A DNA stretch of 64,000 nucleotides from Ramazzottius varieornatus (GCA_001949185.1 BDGG01000002.1:7616448-7680447); one strand, 5' to 3'. Shown: positions 49,870 to 63,200, counted from the first letter of the stretch. Numbers and translations: made by a program. The notes: generated from the sequence alone by a model not told the origin.

Positions 49870-51099
49870 ATGGACGCCATCAGCAAGACTGGAAATACCG
49901 GAGCGCATATGCAGCCAAATATCGTCATACGAGTGCTAGATAACTCCAATGCAAAGAAGCGGACAGTGCCCGCTCGGGCCGAACTTCATCGCATGAATTT
50001 CCTCTTACAGGTATAATTTATCACTGATATACTAATGACAACAGAGATTCATGCTCCATGTTTGAACGGCAAGCCTTTCTATAATAGATTCCTAGAACAT
50101 TATTTATTTTGAGCAGAGGAGGTAAGCTGGATAAACGTCTTGATTTTTTCGACCAATGGGAAGAAAAAGTTGGATTCTTCCGGTTCCTTCAACGCAGTTC
50201 GATGCTTCATGACGTTCTTCCCGATACTTTGTAGAGTGCTAAGGGCCTCAACTATCACAAAGAAGCATTGGTTTCGTGATTGGCGAGTGACATGGTCTGA
50301 AGGGTCCCTCGTAAGACAGATTTCGCGCTTCACCAGTCGTCAGAATGTGGTCAGTCATCGAAGTGTACTCAACCGTCAGATCGGCTTGACATTTTTCCTA
50401 CACCCCTGCAATCATGTACCATAGAACTGCGTTGAAGGAACCGGAAGAATCCAACTTTTTCTTCCCATTGGTCGAAAAAATCAAGACGTTTATCCAGCTT
50501 ACCTCCTCTGCTCAAAATAAATAATGTTCTGGGAATCCAGAAATTCTATTGTGTGGTGTAGGCATCAACTCTGATGTTACGTCAGACTAGATCGCCTGCT
50601 TCAACAGCTCTTCCACCTGACCAGTCCGAAGCCGCTCAAGTTCCCGCCATCACGAAACCCGGCAGGATGACAAGAGCAGAGAAACGGGCCGCGAAGAAGG
50701 GGACGAAACTGAAGCCTGTCCGTATGGAATTGAAGGATCAAATGCCGAGCGCGTCGCTGTCAAGGATATTAGCTCAGCAAGCACGACAAGTTGGCAAGAA
50801 GGCAGTGCTGCGAATGTGAGTTCCCGTCCTAAATCTAGGCATTAACGTAACGTTTTTTCACGAACCTGACTTCAGTGACATGTTGTTTTAGGGCACCGGA
50901 AACCAAGCAAAGGATCTGCACTCGTTGCTCATTACAGCTGGAGCCTGACGTCACTTCCACTGTTCGCTTCCGCCGCAACAAAAGCAAGGTTCTCTTCAAA
51001 GTGACCACCTGTCTCTCCTGCAAGACCGTCTCGCGGATCCGCATGGACCCGAAGTACGAACCGAAAGGCGCGGCTCTACCTGCAGAAGAAGTCAGCTGA
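49870..51099 (+). CDS. RPP21: RNase P protein subunit p21 (Rpr2/RPP21), 3 exons
   Basis: ELHRMNFLLQ|AS (intron 50011-50561), VGKKAVLRM|APETKQRICTRC...VTTCLSC zinc ribbon. Confidence 0.85.
50087..50537. mobile_element. MITE-like element with ~115-bp near-perfect inverted arms inside RPP21 intron 1
   Basis: 50087-50203 is the reverse complement of 50421-50537. Confidence 0.85.
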
Positions 51100-51232
51100 A
51101 GCAGGTGAGAAAGGAAAAGCTATCATAAATGTTTCATTTGTAAAATTCTCGAGCCAGCGAAAAAGTAAGGACTGACATCGATCAAAAATATTAAATGAGA
51201 TCTATCAAAAACATATTCTAACGGAGGATTGC

Positions 51233-52070
51233 TCATATAGTTTGAGGTGTGACTGTCTGGTTTTTGGTGTTGACCAGAAATGCGATAAGACGCATGAGGT
51301 TACTCCCAAAAACTGTCAAGTGTTGCAGTTCCGACTTGCGGCAGGCGTTATGTTCCACCGAGGTGTGCACACCTCCTGAGAAAGCCTTGTTGTGTCCATT
51401 TTCAGAAGAATGTCCACGAGGAAGTCCAAACAGCGCACTGATTTCCGGCATGACTTTAGCCATCGGGCTCTTCGGGTCCATGTCTTTCAGAGCTCTCTCG
51501 ATAGCTATAGCTAGGTCTGACGGCTTGTCGTCTTGATGCTGTCGAACAAAGGCAGGCATGGACTCTGCAATTCCATGGTTTTCTCTTGTAGTGTTCTTGG
51601 CGAAAAAGCGAGGGAACTGCCGACGTCGGGGCTTTGGTAGTGTCTGGACAGTGCGGTCGGTGGTTGACATGGATCGTGTCGTGGGGCGTTCCATCCGTAC
51701 TTCCGGTTGACGGAGTTGGTGTGAAGTGAAGGGTGTCGTTGAAGCGAAGGTTATTCCAGGAGGTACCGTAGCTTCTAAGGTCCATGTGTCGGGAAGCTGG
51801 GTTATGGCTGCTATGCTTGGGGGTGAGTCTGTGGCGGTGGTTTCGTTTACGGTCCGTAATGGTGGCGGTATTCCGAAGAATGTTTGAACAGGCTTCATCA
51901 CAGGGACCGGTTTCGCCGTGGCTGAGGTCTCGAGCCACGCTGGAAATTGTATTCAAAGTTTGTCTGTTTCTTAGGTTAGAAATCTGGAGGGAAAGAAAGT
52001 AACTTCAACTAGCTGTACCTAATATCAGAAGAAGACAGGAAGTCCAGGGATGAAAGAAGAAGACAATCAT
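51233..52070 (-). CDS. Putative secreted Thr/Pro-rich protein of unknown function (2 exons)
   Basis: Hydrophobic leader MIVFFFHPWTSCLLLILG followed by a GT donor; 222-aa ORF 51233..51901. Confidence 0.55.
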
Positions 52071-52674
52071 TGTGGGACAATGTTCCCTCCAGAAGACTTG
52101 TGATGTCGAGCCAGGAGGAAGTGAGAATGATCAAGGTGGATACGCGAGAAAAGAAAATGTGTTAGAGAAATTGCTTGGTTCTGATACTGTGAATGTAGGA
52201 TGTTAGGGAGTGGAACTGATGGCTTTGAAGCTCAGTCTTACTCTTTTATGACTGCTGTAGTTTGCGCCGTTGTCTTTTGCGGTGCTCTGGTAATCAAGTT
52301 ATGGATACTTCCTGGTTCCAGCTGGTGGATCTCTTGTTGTGAAATGTTAATGTACCAGTGGCATTACCGACTTTCAGGAGATTCCGGTTGGAACTTACAA
52401 CGTTGACTTGGCTTGCATCTTTTGAATAATACAGTAGCATTGAGAATTTGCCTTTTTTTATTGTATGACAGTTCGCTGTGCAAACAGTTGACATAAACCG
52501 CCTCGTAAGAGTGTGTTATTGTATCATTTATTTACGCCGTCATTCACCGCCACAGACGGTACAATTTCACAAAGAAATTAGAAAAATAAACCGTCAGCTA
52601 ATTTTATTTTTCTTATGAATATTTCCATGTTGATTTTATGGAATTGGACAAGCTCGGCCAGATCGTTTTTCGAA

Positions 52675-52717
52675 GTGGCGGACGCTATCGGACTATAACA
52701 CTTAAAAAGTGCGCCAC
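52675..52717. repeat. Palindromic family A core, 3'/intergenic
   Basis: GTGGCGGAC-N25-GTGCGCCAC with AGCTCGGC / GCCGAGCT outer arms. Confidence 0.8.
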
Positions 52718-52775
52718 TGGGGAAAATGTTCTGGTCCTGTTTGTTTGCCGAGCTGCCAAACTGTGTTTAGATAAC

Positions 52776-53729
52776 TCAATTGTTCACTGATCGAAACATT
52801 ACTGAACCACCATTGTTGGATGGTTGAGCGATTCGAGCGAAACCATTAGCCATAAGGTCCGTCGAGGAGCCGACATTGATTCCGTCCAGCTGACTACCAG
52901 GTATCAAAGAACCCAGAGACGCTAAAGAGTTCGGGTTGAGTACGGTTTGTAGAGAAGACCCTGAAAAACCAGAAGAGCTCCCGGCGGACTGGAATCCACT
53001 CGGTAAACCTGACAATCCGTTCGATGCTTGTAATAAAGATACCAAATCATTGTTGTTCAGCAGCTGGCCGTTGGAGGATGGCCGGAACAGGTGAGCGCCC
53101 GGACTGCCCAGTCCGAAAGAGCCAAGAGTGTTGGTGTTACCCAAACCGAATACAGAAGTGAACGGGTTGGAGTTGGCTGCCGCGCTGAAGGGGTTGATGA
53201 AGGACTGCGCCGCTTGGGAAGCTAATCCGGTGGTGCCGAGGTAGTCTCCAAGACGTAGGCCGTAGTTGGTGTTGGCGAAAATGTCAGCCAGGATAGGAGA
53301 TAACAACGTGAGGTTCGTGGTAGGGGGCGCGGTGGTAATGGTGACTGTGTCGTTAACAAGGACGTTGGTTAGCAAGGTGATGAGGAGCTGTTGTTGCGCT
53401 GGTGTGAGAAAGATGGTCTGTCCGTTGACGGTGATGTTGGCGGTAGTGGTTGGGTTGAAGTTGAGGATTTGCCTGGCAGCGGGAATATCTGTTGATGAGG
53501 AAGCACCGGGGTCGATAGAGAGGGGCCTAGAAAAGACGTTCCCGTACGCAATGTCCCTTCGCATCGAAGTTCGTGATGGAGGAAACGCTGCAGATGTAGA
53601 AACACATGTGCAGAGGGAATTGGGTTATTGGCAATGGGACGTTATTCTCCGATGATTACCTGAGATGGCGTTGGAAGAAAGAACCAGCAGGCAGAGAGCC
53701 CTCATCGCGGCTGTTACGGAATCCGTCAT
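52776..53729 (-). CDS. Putative secreted low-complexity (S/G/N/L/T-rich) protein (2 exons)
   Basis: Leader MRALCLLVLSSNAIS followed by a GTAATC donor; 262-aa ORF 52776..53564. Confidence 0.55.
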
Positions 53730-54279
53730 CCCAGATCCATAATTTTTCCATCGGCATGTTCCCTCAGTATACAGACGAGGCATTTTCCTCGCGAAATAAT
53801 GATAATCTGCGGGCTCGAGAACCACCACTCGCTCAAATTGTATGAAATCAAATTTTCCGTAGCCTCGAAAACTAAAAAGGTTGAATATTACGTGCCTTGA
53901 AGTACCGAATGATTCAACAGGAAACAAAATGAGTGGTTCTCACGATGAAATTACCAAAATTTGAATGATTGGTCCGAAATGTTTTGTGAAAAGGAGGGCA
54001 ATGGACACTGATGTAACTTATGATTTTGATTAATGACTCTTTGTGCGCGCGTTCGTTAATTATGCCGACGGAAGTCAAAAGAGTGTTTAACTGTGTATAA
54101 CTGGATGGGCTCGCGCATTACGTCGTTGCAGGTCTGCGATGTATGCGCATTTCAACATGGGTAAATTGGATGGTTCGTGTTCGCCCATCGTTAAGGTTAA
54201 AAATAACTGATCATGACTACGAGTATGATTTGTTTTGGGTTCGCCGAAAGCTCAGTTATGATTGTAAGAAAGATCAAGA

Positions 54280-56170
54280 TCAGAAAGTGGTCGTGGAACG
54301 GCGTGAAGAGGCCAGATGTAGTTCGCGATTTTGTGCGGTTGTCATTAGCGAGGTGATTTTCGTCTCACTTCCTCGATAACGAAGGACCGGCTCCTCGGAC
54401 GGACGCCGGCACCAGGACACGCCCAGTATCCGTCCGGTGAAGGAGTTCTCCCCGCAGCACAGATAAAAGGCAAAGCCGAAAGCAAAGTACATGTTCACCA
54501 GGAAGTTCCGGAATGGGTCGTAGACTTGGATGAAACCATTCGTGATGTGGAAGAGACAGATGGGCGCTTGACTGAAGGCGACCAGGACCGACATGCCGAA
54601 GTCCAGGGACTGAGTCGTCAGGAAGAATAGGGAGTTCAGAATGAGGATCTTGTTGGCGGCGTTGGCCGAGTTGGTGCGTCGAATGATGGCGTGGTGGTTA
54701 GACAAGGTCCCGGAGATGACCACCAAGGAAGAACGGGGAATGTTGACGGTGACTTTCTGCCGTGAATGGTAGTCGGAATTTCGGAGACGGTTGATGATCA
54801 TCATGTTTAGTGTGGCTGTTCCTGTGTAAGCCATTAGCCGAACCACAACCTAAAAAGACTATTTGGTATTTCAGTGATAATGCAGTCTTCAGCAAACTCG
54901 ACAAGATCGCTTTTCCAAGTGGGGCACTCCTTCGGCCACCAACACTGAAGACGTGCGCCTGTTGGGAAACGATGCTACCGAGTTTGATTTTCTGGGCTCC
55001 TATTTTGCGAATAGTCTCTTTACACTTACTTCCCACCACATTTCGATGCGGCGCCAATGGCGGAACATAGCCGGAAGCTGCGGGATGACGCGTCCAGCTT
55101 GTAGCATACTGTTGTGCAGCATCCAGTAGTACGCGATGGGAATGTACAAAGCATTCACGGCGGAACCGGCGAATATGGCGGCCAAAGCCATGTAACTAAA
55201 CCGACGATACCTCGTGTGGTGATCAAGCGGAAATCCGATCGCCAGAAAACGATCGACACAGAAAGCTAATAATATCCTGCAAGAGAAACCGTAACACTGG
55301 ATGAAATTACGCATAAGTCGCTAAAGTTGTTCTAACATTAAGTTGCCAAAAGTCGAAGCAAGGCAAAGTCGAAAGAACTTCCGTCCAAGAATTCGTAACT
55401 CTAATATGAGAAGGAACTTCTTTCCTCGAATACTTGGGGTGGTGCATTGACTTTTTTCCGGAGGCCGGCAAACGAAAGGTGCAAGATGGTTGTTTTAAGT
55501 GGCGCACGCCCCTAAAGAACGAAACCGTGCGCCACTTGAGATAACCATCATACACGTTCTGTTTGCCGACCTCCTAGGATTTTGTTGCTCCGTCCGAGGT
55601 TCTTTTGCCGGTGAAACTGTAGTTAAAGTACCACATACCATTGCGAGGAAAAGAATAGGACAGATTCCAGGTACAGCCACACTCCCGCCGTATTCCGGTA
55701 AAAGTTCCCGTACAAGTCCCCTTTTCCTTGTGGCTCCACATCCCAGACCTCGGATCCCAAGAGGACCACCAGTCGATTCCACCTAAACGACAACCATAAA
55801 TGGATTATGATTTTTGATTGCCCATTTCCTCAACCAGCCCGACCAGTATGTCCCATCGAACCAGTCCTCATACTTACAGGAACCATAGGTCGGAAAAGAA
55901 CAACCCCAGTAAGAAGGTCCGCTTGGGTCCCCGTCTATCACTGTACACCGTCACGATAGCCAATGCGTTTCCGATGGTTCCCAAAATCAGGAATAGCGGG
56001 AATGAAATTCGAGTAATCCATATCCAGCTAGCGTATTCTCGGGTAAAGCTGAGAGTTCGAATAAATCCACAACCATCCTTGATCAGTAAAGAGTTCCTCG
56101 TATGGTTGATATGTGAGAATATCGTAAAATTCTCCGCGTCAATAATGACGCTCAGGTTCTCTTCCAACAT
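54280..56170 (-). CDS. Rhodopsin-like (class A) peptide-receptor-type GPCR, multi-exon
   Basis: TM1 ISFPLFLILGTIGNAL, TM2 LFFSDL, TM3 AFCVDRFLAIGFP, TM6/7 ANKILILNSLFFLTTQ...FAFGFAFYLC. Confidence 0.8.
54919..54961. repeat. Palindromic family A core, GPCR intron
   Basis: GTGGGGCAC-N25-GTGCGCCTG. Confidence 0.75.
55499..55535. repeat. Palindromic family A core (19-bp spacer), GPCR intron
   Basis: GTGGCGCAC-N19-GTGCGCCAC. Confidence 0.8.
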
Positions 56171-57214
56171 CTGCGGCAATCTGGTTGGTTACAGGTCAGT
56201 CAAAATATCAGAATAAAATACGAATGGATTCCGGTATAATAAGACGGAAGTACCGGTTGAAGTCAGACGGAATGAAAGGATACTAATAAGCTCACCCGGA
56301 TCAGATAACGCACTGAAAATCTAGAACGACTTGTTACACAACCCGCTAACGGCCACAATTACCGTAATAATAAGGGCATTTGCACAGTACTTCGTGAGTA
56401 TGCAGGTGCACCCTCAAGGATCTCTTCCCACACTCTTACCACCCACTCCTCTTCCGCTTGTCCCCAATCCGATTATGGCCTCACGGAATTTGATATCTCG
56501 ATCTAGAAAACCAGAGTACGGGGGCCGTTTTGAATTCCAGGCGGTCGACCTCGTTCTTCCTATCAGCAAGCTCGTTATACGGAAGACTGTACGCGAGGAA
56601 GATCATCCCGCAGTATCATCTCGCCAGAGAACGACTCGACCGTACAAGCTGAAGAGCAACAGAAGATTTTCGGTGTATGTATACTGTCATTTGTACGTTC
56701 TTCTTGCATAAGCTTTTCAGAAAGACAATCATCCAGTGCAGTGAAAAGTTACTGGACATCTGACCCGCATCATGATTCATGGGATCGATGGTCTCTTGCA
56801 TAATACTACTCTTGACGACAAGTGACAATCTTCCCTCTGACACCACTGACATCCGAGACATTCCCAGTTCATCTTTGCAAATTCCGCAACCACAACAATA
56901 TCGAAAACCTTCTAATGATGTCACGTATCAATCAAATCAGTCTAATGGGACTGCGCGAGAATTCAAAAGTCATCCCGTCACATTTTGAACTCTGAAGTGT
57001 CCAGGATCCCACCATCGCACAGTTTACTACAAACCATCCACTCAAACGCATGATCAATCAACGGGAAGGCGTCGTCAGAAAAGGGCATAGCACATATTTC
57101 CGTAACTTAAAAGTAAAAACAATACCCAACATGCTTGCTAAGCAGGAAAAGGAAAGACTAAGACTCGGAATCAAAAACGTTTCCGGTATCTTTATTACCG
57201 CAATTTATCAAGCT

Positions 57215-60200
57215 CTACAGTACGACCGAGTCATCGGTCATGACATCGTTAAAATCAGCGAAGTTCATGCCCGCCGGTAGCCGTACATTGAGATCCAAGT
57301 TCATAAGATCATCGTTATCATCTTCCCCTAGCATTGACTCTTTCTTACCGTTCTCGGCGCCTTCCGGCTGATTCGGGGCTTGCTCTTCAGTGGATGACGG
57401 CTCCGCTGAGGAGGAGGCGGTTTCGGGTTTGCTCGAAGAAATCTCTTGAACCTCCGGTTCCTCGGGCAGTCCGGTTGACAGGTTGATTACTACAGCAGGC
57501 TTCGACGGTGGCTTTGGTCTAATTTGAACCTGCTGAATGTATCGCCAAGCTTTTTCGATCAGTGCAGGCGGGACAGGGTGCTAAACACAAAAGGATAAGA
57601 TGATTGCGGATGGAGTTGTAAATTTCACTCTCAACGCAGAAGACCACTCAAGATTTTCTACAGGAAGCGATCGAGCAGCGGCTTAGAAATTTTCCTGTTC
57701 AAGAGTGCTCCCCTCCCCTGTTGTGAAACGGACCCTAGAAACTGGGAAGCCGACAAGTACAGTACTGTATAAGATCGCTAGCTCAATTGGCGCACACTTT
57801 CATTCTTTTTGGCTGAAAGCATGCGCCGCTTGAAACACCGGCCTCCCACAAATGATCAATTGACGATTACTGTGCAACATTTGCTCTATTCTTGAAGCAT
57901 GAACTAACCGGACAGTGAGCTTTATCCATTCCTTCAACGAGGCGCAAGTACCCTTGGGCCAACATCGTATTGGCCAGTTCGACGTTTCTTCCAGTGGTGT
58001 CTTCCTTCTTGGCGGTCTGCCACATCTTGAAGACTTCACGCAAGAATGCCACCCTGACATCTTCCGAACAGGTGTCCGTCTCGTAGTCTTCCATTCTGGC
58101 TATTACCGACAACAAGGCTGACTTCATGGCGTAGTTCGACAGGAAGTGGTAATCCACAACCCGAAGATACTTTCTGGAACGCAGGACGTTGCACAAGCCG
58201 GAACTTTTAACATAAAAGATAGAATGAACCTTACTTGCTATCGGCTTCCGGCGGTTTGGCTAACTGTTGCTGTATCTGTAGCAGGAGGAGATTCTCGCGC
58301 AAGGCAGCGGAGACGCTGATGAGAAGATGAACAGCACGGTACATGTGGGAAGCGAAGCTGAGACTTCGTTGGATCTCTTCCGATTTGATGTGCCATACAC
58401 CTCGGAAGAACATGGTGGGTTTCCGCTGCTGGAAGAGGCCGGCACACGGCATGTGGGGACAATCCTGCCAAGAAATGGACGGACCCAGGAGCAAATCTTT
58501 GGTCTTTTGTAGGTCCTGTAAATATCCATTCCATGTCACATAATTGCACAGGAAGGTGCTGAGATAGACTGGAATGCTGGCAAAATTGATAAATTCACTC
58601 ACATCGTCACCTCAAGTGGCGCGTTCTCTCATTGTTTTCATTCGAGATCGTGCGCCAGTTGAGAAGCGATCTGGATGAATTCTTCTGCCGACATGCCAAT
58701 GTTCTATCAATAACCGATAATGGCTAGAATTTCAGCGTTCATAGTAGAAAAGGTCGCACCCGAAGAGGAGGGAATTCATAGTAGAGCCTGGCCAGACGAT
58801 ACAACGACTTGTAATGCTCGGGGTACCGGTTCAGGCAGGTTTTCAACCCGGAGACACACCGCTGAACCAACTCCAATCGCCAGGCTTCCAGATCGGCCTT
58901 CTCCGCCATGTCGCGAAGCTCTAACCGGTCCAAAATTTGTGCGTTCATTATCGAGCGAGCGACAACCTCCCTGTAAAATAACAAACAATCGTGAAATTCA
59001 GTCAATTTTTCCGACGGTACGACAGAAGCCTACACTTACGGATCGTCAACTGATTCGGTGGAAGATCCCGAGTCATTTCTGTCCAGTTCCTTCCGGAAAG
59101 CCAGCGGACTTTTCTCCGCTTTATTCAAGTAATACTCGATGGCTTTAAAGGCTTCCACATGCTGGCCAATGTCGGGCATGGGACGCGTTAAGTACTTGAC
59201 CGAAGAAGCGAAGACCCTATAGAACATTTCTAAGGCTTCGACTGACAAGCGAGGTGCCTTGTAGTAAGCGATCTTTGGTGGGTACGTGGCTCCGTCAGCG
59301 TGCAGGCACTGCGCGGCAGCCGAGTACTGCGCCAGGTACTTCCAGGGCTTTTTCCGTTCCAGCTTCTCGTAGGTTTTACCCAGCATGTACTGACTTAGCC
59401 AGATCTCACTTCGGTCATCACAGTCTTCGGCTTTCGAGTAGGCCTTCTGGGCTAAGCGGAGAAGATACTCGCGCTCTTGGCGAAGCTTGGACCGTTCGGT
59501 TTGTTTCATCCGAAACTGTTCACTCTATAAACACATATATTGTCGACATTACTGGTCTGTACAATATTCGTGGTAAGCGTGGTAATGGTCTGCATACATA
59601 CTTGAGCTAACTGTCGCCCGAGGAAAGACGATAGCGGATAGACTATGTTTCCGCATTCGATCCACAGATGTTCCGAGTTGCTGTCGAGCTTACAGGCAAT
59701 GGCGAAACACTGGATAGCTTCGCTGGCTTCGATGAAGATCTCCTTACTCGGCTTCAGAGCAAACTTAAACGAAACAACAGTACAATCTTCACTTCCTGGT
59801 TTCCCTGTTGGTGTCCAGCTTAGCTGGGCGAAAAACTCCTACACCTGCATACATCAATACCGTATTGATACGGAGCTTAGTGTATGCAGGTTCATGAAAG
59901 AACGCTGGTCCACGAACCTGCATACTGCAGCCTCCTAGTGGATACAGGAACGAGTGTATGCAGGTGTACGAAAGCTGGCTGTATTCTCTTTACCGCCTTT
60001 CTCAGTTTCACTGACTTACCGATTTGAGTTTCTTCTCCACTTCCACACCTCTGTTTAATGCCAAGCCCGCCCAGGAATCTAATCTCGTCGGGTTGACTCT
60101 CAAGTCCGTCAGGAACAGTAGTCCAGCTCGGACATTCTCGGCGTTCTTAAAGTAATAGTCAGCTAACAGGTAGAAAAGGTTCTGGCTGATGATGTCTGTC

Positions 60201-63200
60201 TCGGCTGGAGGTGGTCGCTCTTTCGGCTCCGGAATGTCTGGTGTCTCGGTGATTGGGTCGAACCTTCGTATGAAGGACTGGATGTCTTCTTTCGACAGAA
60301 CGTACGGGACATTCGTGATGAGCGGACGAATCTTGGTGAAGACGTTGACGGTCTCTTGGGAGATGCAGTCCGCTTTGAACCCGTCAAAGCGGGGAAGCTC
60401 GGCCGGAAGGAAGAATGAGAATAGCGGAACTGCTCGGGGAAGAGTCAACTCGACCTGGAATTAGGCTCCCTAAAATCAATGTATAACGAGAATTAAACTT
60501 GAGTGTTCCATACCGTTTTAGCGTTGTGGTGTTGAAGATAACGATTCTTGCTTTTGGTTACACCGTAAAGACAGTGGAAGCACTGGTCCAGATCGTATTC
60601 GATATCTTCTCGGGGAATTTCGCTCTCGTCCTTCTTGCCTTCTTCCTTGATCAGCAGTTCTGCCAAGAACCGATCGACTGCCAGGTTCAAGAATGCTCCG
60701 TTGTTCAGCGTACACCACGAATGCCTAAAATACACATCGTCACGGAAATGTGTCGTCAGTTCAACGACTCTATTGGGAGGCTGATGGACAGTCTCGATGT
60801 GATCGTTATCTCAAGTAGCTCAACTATCGTTGTTACCGACTGAGAATTCGCGCCACTTAAAATAACGATCATCCCAAGATTGGTCATATCAGCCCAACAG
60901 AAGACTCTGCGCCTTACCCTCCAAGATACTCGTGGACTTGCTCCAAGTAATGGACGCTCGAATCGCCACTGTGAGGTTGGACGTTCCCTGCTGCCACTTC
61001 ACCTCTGTGGAGCACAAGACGAACTTATTGAGGAATATCCTTTGAGCAAGACTTAGTGACTTAGAGCATAGCCAGCGAAGAGTACAACTTACGCTCGTAA
61101 GACCAGGTACAAGATGGTCCACGCAGACAAAGACGAGGGGCGCCTAATGGATCCTTCCAGCGTATGAACCGAAAGAACGCAAACTTCCAGCAGTGAGAGA
61201 GCCCACATCTGTAGCGACTCTAAAGCGAGCTTGTCGAACTGAACTTGTTTGGCTATGATAAATCTGCAAAGAAAAGAGTAATATTTGCATTTCTCATTAA
61301 GCTCAGCAGACAGACCAAACGTACTTGAGAGCAGAGTCACAGATTTCCAGAAGGACCGCGCGTAGAGGAAGTCGCCTCTCGGTTTCGCTGTTCTCGCTAA
61401 CCCCGATGTACTGCGCTAAGATGTTCTGAATGACCCTCTGCGCTAGACTAACATAATTCTGCGGGTCAGGTGAGTATTCTGCAGCGGCCAGAACGATCTT
61501 CGCATGGTGCGGTGAAAACTCCACTGTTTGGTCGCCGTCTGTGAGAAGGTCCTCGGCGATATCCAGCACTTCCGCATACATCCGTTCCTTGTAGAGAGAT
61601 TCGACTTCCACCAGTCGTATGGCAGACTTTTTTCCTTCGGCCAGTTGTAGCAAAGCATCTGTAAACGAATGTCCCTTTCAGATCCCGATTATATATGTTC
61701 CTACCTACGCAAACGAGCTCAACAAGGTCATTTACCTAAGTGGCGCACGTTTGCGGCCAACGACGCTGGGAGTGCGCGCCTCTTGGGAAAACATAAACAC
61801 GACAAGTTCGTTTTCCCAGATGGCGCATGCTTTCAGCTGATAATGCAGAAAATGTGCGCTCATTTGTAAAAAGAGTCTCACCGAGTCTAAAGAGCTTACC
61901 TTTGCTGATGATAGGCTGAGTTGAAAGGTTCGGTAAGGCTATAATTATATCCGAGGTTAATCGGTCGGAAACTTCGTCCAAGAAGTACTTCGCCTTGTCC
62001 ATTTCGCCCTTCACGCCGTGCCATTTGTGCAGCAGCATCAAGATTCGAATCAGCATCAGCTGGTCTGACGCTTCTTTGAACACACCAGCGTACGGCCATA
62101 CCGCCAGCCAGTTCAGCTCCTTCTCAAAATTTCTAGGTCTAACACCAACACAAAACCTTACTAATAAGCTGCTGGATTCGGTGAATTATTGATAGCTTCG
62201 TTCTTACATATCGTCGACTTTTCCACACTGCGTCCAGTAGTCCACGACCAGTTCCAAAGCACACAACGTAAACAAGATGGCTTGTCTTGTGGTGCCTTCC
62301 ATCGCTGGGGTGTACTTTTCGTACTTTGGAAAGAATTCTTCGTGGGCAATTCGGTAGTACAAAGTGAGGTACGATTTCGTCAACGAAGCCGTCCTAATGG
62401 AAAAAAAAGAAACACGGGTCATGTCTATAAGACGTTCATCCGATTACAGGTAAGTATTCCGCTCACCATTTCTTGTCGGTCCGTTCTGCGAAAAACTGGA
62501 GGAACTTTCTGATCATCTGGTTGATCCGCAATTCTCCGCAGCCTCGAAGGAAGCCGACAATAGCGACTTCCTCATTCGTGGCTGCTGTGAACAGCTCTCC
62601 AGTGCTGTCCTTTCCCTTACCGTTGGAGTTCTTCTGGACGATACGAGAGCTGAACTGCAGCGACGCTTCGTCCAGCTTGTAGATCTCTCTGATAAACTTT
62701 GTCAGCATTTCACGAATCGTTCCTTCATCGCTTTTAATGACATCTCGACGCTGGAAAAGCCCCTGGTCAAACATTACTAGACACACTATTGATTGGCCGC
62801 ACAATGTTAGCTTACCCGTCCAGAGCGTCGCTTTTCCGCGTGTTCGAGACAGACTGGATCAATCTTCCTCTTATTGGTTACCCCGGTCAACGCTGTCGCA
62901 TCTCCGCTCATCGTAGAGTTATCTTGGCTGGCGCTAGAGATCAGGAGCTCAGGGACCGGTTTGGCGGCGGAGGTGTCGGGAGCTACGGAGGAAGCGGGAA
63001 CTTCCGGCTTAGTAACTATCAATATCGCGTTCCACAACTGCAACAGCAAACGAAATAAAAACCCGAAAATGTGCATTTGACGATCTAAGGTTTCAAAATC
63101 TACTTTTTTCGCGTCAAGGTCTTCGAATGTGTTCGCGAGCCTATCGGCCAAGTGTGGGAAGGTGTATTCCGTCGGTAATTGAAACGGCACTTGTTGCAGC

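Noticed and set aside
2409-61862. Family A repeats as a CRISPR array or integron attC sites
   Set aside because: Copies are dispersed in spliceosomal introns of a eukaryote, not arrayed; no cas or integrase genes are present.
2409-61862. Family A as an Introner (intron-creating element)
   Set aside because: The element sits inside introns at variable distance from the splice sites, some introns hold two copies, and two copies are outside introns.
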